Shown in pieces: positions 58,501-64,000 of a DNA stretch of 64,000 nt (position 1 is the stretch's first letter; each line of letters begins with the position of its first letter). The stretch is taken from the IMG/VR virus record IMGVR_UViG_3300023184_000039, positions 76,646 to 140,645 of that record; one strand, given 5' to 3'. The notes beneath the pieces were generated by a model. The model did no database searches and was not told the DNA's origin. It worked only from the letters and a program-made list of their open reading frames with translations. The position numbers and the translations under genes are program-made. Origin of the DNA: a virus.

Positions 58501-59022
58501 CACCAGCAAGAAAGAACTCTCGAATTAGCCGGCTATTGTCTTCAAGACAACAACGTCGTCGCCAGCAGCAATCCAGGAATCACCCGCGCTCGCGCGAACC
58601 TGTTCCGTCTCACGGCTCGGAGTAACTGGGAATGGTTCTCGGGGTGGCTCATCGTCCAGGCGGTCAGCTGGTGGCCGGCTTGGTTCCACCGGAGCGATGA
58701 TGGTCGTGGCCACAACCCCCACGTCAGGTGTAATTATTATTGACGGTGGTGGAAGAGCCGGCGATTCCAAAGTCTCAACCTCTACTTCAGGGTTAGGGTC
58801 TACCAAAGTCTCAACCTCTGCTATATCGTAAACCTCAAGCACTGAATCCACCTGACCATTCGTATGGCCAGACATTGTGACATAACTATAAATTTGTTCT
58901 TTGCGCATATAAACACCATACACCTTTGGCGAATTCAACAGGGTAAGTGGGTTTGTCTCATAAGCGTCCCAAGTTACTAAGATGTATTTGTTAGTCCACC
59001 TACTAGAAATTGGAGAAATGAA

Positions 59023-59754
59023 ATGGCAACTACAGACACAACACTCGCTCTGCCGAAATGCTGGCAGACACTCAACGAATGCCTTGACAGTGGCATTGAC
59101 CGTGTAATCCTCTTTGGACCATCGGGCATTGGTAAGACATTCGCTGGATTGACAATGGGCGAAGTTGAAGCAGGGGCACACCGATTGGTGTGTGCAGAGG
59201 ATATGACAACTGGCGATGTCACTGGTCACTTCTTGCAAGAGGAGAACGGTACATTCCGTTGGATGTTTGGTGCAGCATTAAAGGCTTGGCAGGGCAACGG
59301 TGTTCGTGGTGGTCGCTTGGTCGCTGACGAAATTGACAAGGCTGGTGGCGATGTTGCTGCGACACTCTTGGCGATGTTGGATTCACCTGAAAGTGCATCG
59401 TGGGAACACCCGAACACTGGTCAAATCATAAAGCCACTTGACGGATTCTCGGTCATTATGACAACGAATGTTGAGGATATGCGAGAGTTGCCAACGGCAC
59501 TCGCTGACAGATTCCCTGTTCGCATTCGCATTAACGAACCTCACCCGAATGCATTGAAGCGATTGTCACCTGACTTGCGACCAATGGCAATTCGTTCTGC
59601 CGATGCAGGCGAACGTCGAATTTCGTTGCGAGCATTCTACGACTTTGACAAATTGCGAACGACACTTGGTATGGAGCGAGCAGCAGAAATCGTATTCCAC
59701 GACCGAGCATCGTCAATCTTGGATGCAATTGCAATTGAGAAAGTGAGTGTGTGA
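59023..59754 (+). CDS. MoxR/CobS-like AAA+ ATPase
   Basis: GPSGIGKT, DEIDKA, TTN, ALADRF. Confidence 0.88.
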   Translation: MATTDTTLALPKCWQTLNECLDSGIDRVILFGPSGIGKTFAGLTMGEVEAGAHRLVCAEDMTTGDVTGHFLQEENGTFRWMFGAALKAWQGNGVRGGRLVADEIDKAGGDVAATLLAMLDSPESASWEHPNTGQIIKPLDGFSVIMTTNVEDMRELPTALADRFPVRIRINEPHPNALKRLSPDLRPMAIRSADAGERRISLRAFYDFDKLRTTLGMERAAEIVFHDRASSILDAIAIEKVSV

Positions 59755-61265
59755 TGAAAGCGAAAGATAACTCACTCGCTCCAATGCCGGAATTGTTGTC
59801 ACGAAACGACACTGAACACGGCCGTTGGACGGTGCGAGATTGCGAGCCACGGCGAGGAATCCCGATGACAAGTATTGTCGGACGAGATATGCTCGCTCCA
59901 GTACAAGACTCACCTAATGCACGATGCATTCGTGCCCACGAAATGATGCACGCGAAAGTATCTCCAGCAGATTCATTCTTTGAATGGCAGGAGCGAAAGA
60001 TTGCATCAGTGAAAGCACTCACCGTTGTAGAGGAATTGCGAGTCAATTACCTTTGCACAAAAGCAGGATTCAATATGAAAGAACACCTGACAGACGGTGG
60101 AGAAATGGCAGACGGAGAACGATGTGTCGCTCTTGGTGATTGGTCGGCAGCAGTGGCGATGACAATTGCTTGTGCAACTACTGCATCACAAAAAGCATTC
60201 CTCACTGGTGTTCGCAGACACGATAGAAAATGGGGCAAGATGTTGTTGGACATCGCCAAGCGAGCAAAAAAAGAAATGGACTTGGCTTACAAAACTGGCA
60301 CACTTGCAAGTACTGAAATTTGCCCTGTCACTAAATTGTCTCCAGTTGGATTCGTTCACACTGAACGAATTGCAGAATGGGTAGACAGGCTTATGGAATT
60401 CGACCCTAATGACGAACCCGATAACGAAAAGGGTAAGGGCGAGGGCGAGGGCGATGCAGAGGGCGAGGGCGAGGGCGAGGCTACTGGCGAAACTAAGAAA
60501 GCCACTGGTGCAGTACGACCAACCAATTCCAAGAAATCCACCAAGGGCAGCGAGGGCACTGGTACTCCAAGAACTATCAGTGATGTAGATGCTCACAAGG
60601 CAAGTCGCAATATCCCAAGTTGGATGGAATTAAAAATTGAGAAAGTGCCAATGCCAAAACTTACTAAAGGCAACTTGGGCAAGAAGCGAGTTGCATCAGA
60701 CACTGGTAAGAATCCAAGACGGATGCATCGACTACTCACTGACCCTGACCGTAAAATCTTTGACCGTGTTATTCGTGGTCAAGGTGGTGTTGTACTGATA
60801 GATGCCAGTGGCTCAATGTCATTCACTCATTCACAGATTCGTGAAATTGTTGAGTCGGCACCGGGTTGCACTGTTGCGATGTATTCAGACTTAGGCGATA
60901 ACTCAACGAATATGTGGATTCTCGCAGAGAAAGGCAAGATGTGCGAAACACTTCCAAGAGCAAACTCCAACAACGGTGTTGACTTCCCTGCTCTCCAGTG
61001 GGCGATTAAACAACGACAACGTTCATCGTCTCCAGTAGTTTGGGTTACTGACGGTGGAGTAGTTGGTACTCACGGAATGCACGACATTCTTACTCTCCAG
61101 TGTGTCAACGAATGCCTAAAGCATCGTGTCATCGTTGTAGAGAATGTCACTGCTGCGAAAGAACTACTACGAGCGATGCAGAATGGTCAAAAGAAAAAGC
61201 GAGAATGGCCAGAGTCGTTCACTGATGTTTATCGGAGAAAGAATGGGGGATTGCTCCCCGAATAA
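59751..61265 (+). CDS. VWA-domain partner protein (CobT-like) with HExxH
   Basis: HEMMH..EE.RVN; acidic GE linker; DASGSM and TDG MIDAS motifs. Confidence 0.8.
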   Translation: MMKAKDNSLAPMPELLSRNDTEHGRWTVRDCEPRRGIPMTSIVGRDMLAPVQDSPNARCIRAHEMMHAKVSPADSFFEWQERKIASVKALTVVEELRVNYLCTKAGFNMKEHLTDGGEMADGERCVALGDWSAAVAMTIACATTASQKAFLTGVRRHDRKWGKMLLDIAKRAKKEMDLAYKTGTLASTEICPVTKLSPVGFVHTERIAEWVDRLMEFDPNDEPDNEKGKGEGEGDAEGEGEGEATGETKKATGAVRPTNSKKSTKGSEGTGTPRTISDVDAHKASRNIPSWMELKIEKVPMPKLTKGNLGKKRVASDTGKNPRRMHRLLTDPDRKIFDRVIRGQGGVVLIDASGSMSFTHSQIREIVESAPGCTVAMYSDLGDNSTNMWILAEKGKMCETLPRANSNNGVDFPALQWAIKQRQRSSSPVVWVTDGGVVGTHGMHDILTLQCVNECLKHRVIVVENVTAAKELLRAMQNGQKKKREWPESFTDVYRRKNGGLLPE

Positions 61266-61270
61266 ATGTT

Positions 61271-61381
61271 CTCCACTGGGACAGTAGGGTCGCAGTGGAG
61301 ACACCGGTACTCTGCCCAAGTATCGGGGTACCAGCCAGTGGGCGCGATTGAGCAATCCCCAGTCGCTCTCGTGCTCACTGG
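61271..61381 (+). ncRNA. Candidate three-hairpin intergenic RNA
   Basis: CTCCACTG/CAGTGGAG, CCGGTACT/AGTATCGG, CCAGTGGGCGCGA/TCGTGCTCACTGG. Confidence 0.45.
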
Positions 61382-61611
61382 TGGGGCCAGGTCCTAGTCA
61401 AGATATAATTATTATCCATTCAACTATTAGAAAGAAATAAAATGACAGAATCAAATGAAGCACTTGTGAAAATTGCAGCGTCAATAGATAAAGCTCTGGC
61501 TTTGATATCCAAACGTGAACTTGTCTCTTCTAGTGAGATGCAAGACATTCTCTTGGACATTCGAGTACTCACAATTGTTGTGAGTGCCCCGGTCAACTTG
61601 GATGTACTGGT

Positions 61612-61869
61612 ATGACAACTACATTCAATTTGCTGACTATCTCATTTGAGGTGCAGGCAATGCGCGACGAATTTGATTGGATGCTTGATTCAAGCGATGT
61701 CGCCGATAAAGAATTGGCAGCCTGGTGGTCATCACGAACTGATTCAGAGATTGAAACAATTGGTATGTACATCCTGAATGGGGATTACATATGGAATGTC
61801 TTTAGAATGGAATTACTTGATTCAATGCGCAAAATGAAAGAGGAGATTCAAAATGCTGAGATATCTTGA
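61612..61869 (+). CDS. Hypothetical protein
   Basis: 85-aa ORF. Confidence 0.6.
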   Translation: MTTTFNLLTISFEVQAMRDEFDWMLDSSDVADKELAAWWSSRTDSEIETIGMYILNGDYIWNVFRMELLDSMRKMKEEIQNAEIS

Positions 61870-62015
61870 GAGTGATGGGCCGGCTGAGCTGGCGACAAAA
61901 GTTGAAGAATCACTAAAAGTTGGTTGGGTAATTCTTCATATTGCTCGACTCAACGATGGAACCTGCTATGCGTGGATGGGTATACCCGGTATCTCTGCTC
62001 CACACTATGGAGTAC

Positions 62016-62279
62016 CTAATGTCGGGTGATTACGGTCCACCAAAACTTGAATGCCACGGTGGCAGCAGCCAAAGCGTTGAGCTTCCACCACGTCACCGTG
62101 AAGTCAATGGCACCAGCATCGCGAAGAACCCACAGCGCTATCCAAAATATACAAGCTTGGCCGAGTACGGTCAGAGCAATCCCAAGTATTCCTGGTGTGT
62201 AACTGGGGGGCTGCTCAATGTGACCCACAGCTCTCGCCTGGGTCTCACTCGGGTTTCTGAAGTTTCGTGAATTATTCAT
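62016..62279 (-). CDS. Membrane protein
   Basis: Two hydrophobic segments. Confidence 0.55.
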   Translation of the reverse strand: MNNSRNFRNPSETQARAVGHIEQPPSYTPGILGIALTVLGQACIFWIALWVLRDAGAIDFTVTWWKLNALAAATVAFKFWWTVITRH

Positions 62280-62335
62280 GTTACTCAGCCTACTACGGTT
62301 GATATTATTATTGACGGTGGAGGAAAGGAACTTTA

Positions 62336-62743
62336 ATGACTAAATTTAATGATGACAAATGGAACTTCCCGGAAGATGGCATTGAGTGGCTCGGCGAAGA
62401 TGTTAATAAAATAATGTTAAAAGAAATAAATGAAATTAATTCAGAATTAGAACACAATACGTTGTTTATTGCCTCGTGTGGGCAGTATATTTACAAATGT
62501 GTTTACGTCCCAGAGAAAGCTCTTGATGGCTCCCAGCCAGTGCTCTTCCGTGGGGCCGACGAAAAGACTTATATAGCTGCATATTCAAAAGAATTCATCG
62601 AAGATATTATTAGAAAAACTGAGGAAATTCGTGATATTAAACTGCAGGACAAAATCTGGAATCTTCAGATGCAGGAAATGGTTGAAGAGATTGCCGAAAA
62701 GGTGCGGCTTGAACCACCTTCGGACTGGCTTACCATCCTTTGA
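62336..62743 (+). CDS. Hypothetical protein
   Basis: AAGGA RBS, 135 aa. Confidence 0.65.
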   Translation: MTKFNDDKWNFPEDGIEWLGEDVNKIMLKEINEINSELEHNTLFIASCGQYIYKCVYVPEKALDGSQPVLFRGADEKTYIAAYSKEFIEDIIRKTEEIRDIKLQDKIWNLQMQEMVEEIAEKVRLEPPSDWLTIL

Positions 62744-63211
62744 CGGTGGGGGAAACCCTATCCCCTGGAGGAGCTGTTGTCGTGACGCCACCAAAACCAC
62801 CGCCGACTATGCATCGTACCCCAGGGGACCGGGATTACTACATACCGCCGAGGAGCGGGGGGAAAGGGGAAAGTCCCCATCCCTCAAGGGTACATCCAAT
62901 ATTCTCACAAATGTCCCTAATTTGAATGCAACCCCATCCGAAGACGGCCGGTCAAGACCGTACAAGAAAGCTATCTTTTTGATAAGGGCTGGGGTAGAAC
63001 TGCTGAGGGCCCGCGATATTTGCAAAAAAGCCATCTTTTTGAAAAATCTGGCGTTCCCGTGCGGATGCAGCCAGGCGAACACACGTTCGCATCGTCGCCG
63101 GATGGTTGCCGGCTCAAAAGGTCAATTTATTATTGACGGTGGTGGAAGAGAGCATTTAAGAAGATACAATAAAAATAGTTCCCAGAATTACTATCAACTG
63201 AGGTACCTACT

Positions 63212-63637
63212 ATGAATCTAAAGTTAAAGCACAAAACCTTTATATTGGTTGCCGGCTTATCAACCGTCTACCTACTGGCAGCCACGGTCTATTCAACCTT
63301 TGAACACCATGGGTTCGGCGACTCGATGTGGTGGGCATTCATGACGTTCACCACTGTGGGTTACGGCGACCAGTTTCCAAGAACATTAATAGGAAGGATG
63401 GCTGGAATTGGTTTGGTTGCATCTGCAGTATTCGTGGCACTTCCTACCATCACGGCCGTCATAGCTACCAGAATTATCGGAAATGAACACGAGTTTACCC
63501 ACGACGAACAAGAGGAAGTGAAGATGCTTCTTCGTGAGATTGCTAAAAAACATAACATTCTTGAAGCACCGGACCGGACAGCCAGGCAAGTACTCCTGGA
63601 CAATAGGGTCACACGCTCTGACAGGATGGCAAGTTGA
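63212..63637 (+). CDS. KcsA-like two-TM potassium channel
   Basis: TM1, WWAFMTFTTVGYGD pore loop, TM2. Confidence 0.9.
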   Translation: MNLKLKHKTFILVAGLSTVYLLAATVYSTFEHHGFGDSMWWAFMTFTTVGYGDQFPRTLIGRMAGIGLVASAVFVALPTITAVIATRIIGNEHEFTHDEQEEVKMLLREIAKKHNILEAPDRTARQVLLDNRVTRSDRMAS

Positions 63638-64000
63638 TGCACATCCCATTTATTATTGACGGTGGAGGAAAGCGTACAAATCTGTTACAAAAAAGTTACA
63701 ACTTGACCCGTGCCGCAGGGCTGGGATACGCTATGGTACTGACACAACTTAGTGGCGCCACAACCAATGAGCTGTCGACTTACTTCGGTTACCGAGGTCT
63801 GCTTCAGGTCGTCCTGTTACCGTCTGGTAGAACTCAAAGGTTCCCCCAGACCCCCTCCAAAGGGTTCTTTCAGTTCTTGCAATGTTCTCTTTACATTGAT
63901 GAAAGTAGGAAATAGAATGACGGTGGTGGAAGTCCCTCTAGAACTTGAGTTATTCCCGGCTCTGAAGACCGAAGGTTTAAAAAAGATGGAAAAAGATAAC

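Larger units (their letters stand above)
35002..58971. repeat. Dispersed 18-bp motif TGTCTCA-N3-GCGTCCCA, 24 copies, each followed 6 nt later by TANNNT
   Basis: Leftmost coordinates. Plus strand: 35002,43158,43843,44492,48476,48762,49318,52174,55392,55747,56804,57318,58954. Minus strand: 36984,41622,42837,43111,48439,50757,51759,52140,53585,54873,55354. Confidence 0.97.
56768..63932 (+). repeat. Second dispersed repeat (TTATTAT)TGACGGTGG(T/A/G)GGA
   Basis: Plus-strand copies at 56768,58734,62305,62740,63127,63650,63917; one inverted partial copy at 56750. Confidence 0.9.

Noticed and set aside
58790-58799. Telomere-like GGGTTAGGG
   Set aside because: Too short; it is part of the 26-bp inverted repeat
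35002-58971. The 18-bp motif as a CRISPR array or integron attC array
   Set aside because: Copies are irregularly spaced by whole genes, occur on both strands and have a fixed -10 geometry; they are not attC-like hairpins, and no cas or integrase gene is in the window
35002-58971. The motif as a decoy cluster of type IIS restriction sites (GTCTC, GCGTC, GTCCC)
   Set aside because: Invariant spacing to a -10 box and to gene starts explains it better as a promoter element
58525-59238. 237-aa minus-strand ORF and similar antisense shadow ORFs (for example 19478..20053, 22527..23069, 57243..57764)
   Set aside because: They overlap well-supported genes, promoters or repeats on the other strand and show no recognisable motifs
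56768-63932. GGTGGTGG as an E. coli-type Chi site
   Set aside because: Chi is GCTGGTGG; here conservation extends to TTATTATTGAC, and the host appears actinobacterial
1-64000. Stop-codon reassignment
   Set aside because: Long ORFs are intact under the standard code, and TAA, TAG and TGA all end recognisable genes

Overview
A 64-kb segment of a large tailed phage (HK97-fold capsid), most likely infecting an Actinomycetota host: it has two WhiB genes, an actinobacterial-type ferredoxin and many leaderless genes. Layout: (1) 1-11 kb, head module ending in the major capsid gene. (2) 11-25 kb, accessory and metabolic genes: Dps, thermonuclease, ferredoxin, two Fe/2OG dioxygenases, tRNA-Asn, tRNA-Arg, HNH, class II RNR, DUF932, and a C5 methyltransferase with about 10 TRD-like repeats and an alternative-frame beta-type ORF. 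(3) 25.9-34 kb, a 2693-aa polyvalent protein whose domains (3 zincins, ParB-like, 2 GNAT, WYL-like, DEDDh exonuclease) are mostly separated by a recurring (P/A)LGS motif. (4) 35-61 kb, small terminase, primase-helicase, SSB, SNF2 helicase, MoxR/VWA and dozens of small early-type genes. The strongest unexplained signal is 24 copies of TGTCTCA-N3-GCGTCCCA between 35.0 and 59.0 kb. Every copy is followed exactly 6 nt later by a TANNNT -10 box, and most then lead into a leaderless ATG or a conserved ACCTACTA leader, which defines a phage-specific promoter/cassette system. Also noted: a second oriented repeat (TTATTATTGACGGTGGTGGAA), several structured RNAs, and a stretch near 25.6-27 kb almost free of palindromes and A-tracts (possible genome terminus). 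All product calls come from motif recognition by eye; no database searches were run.
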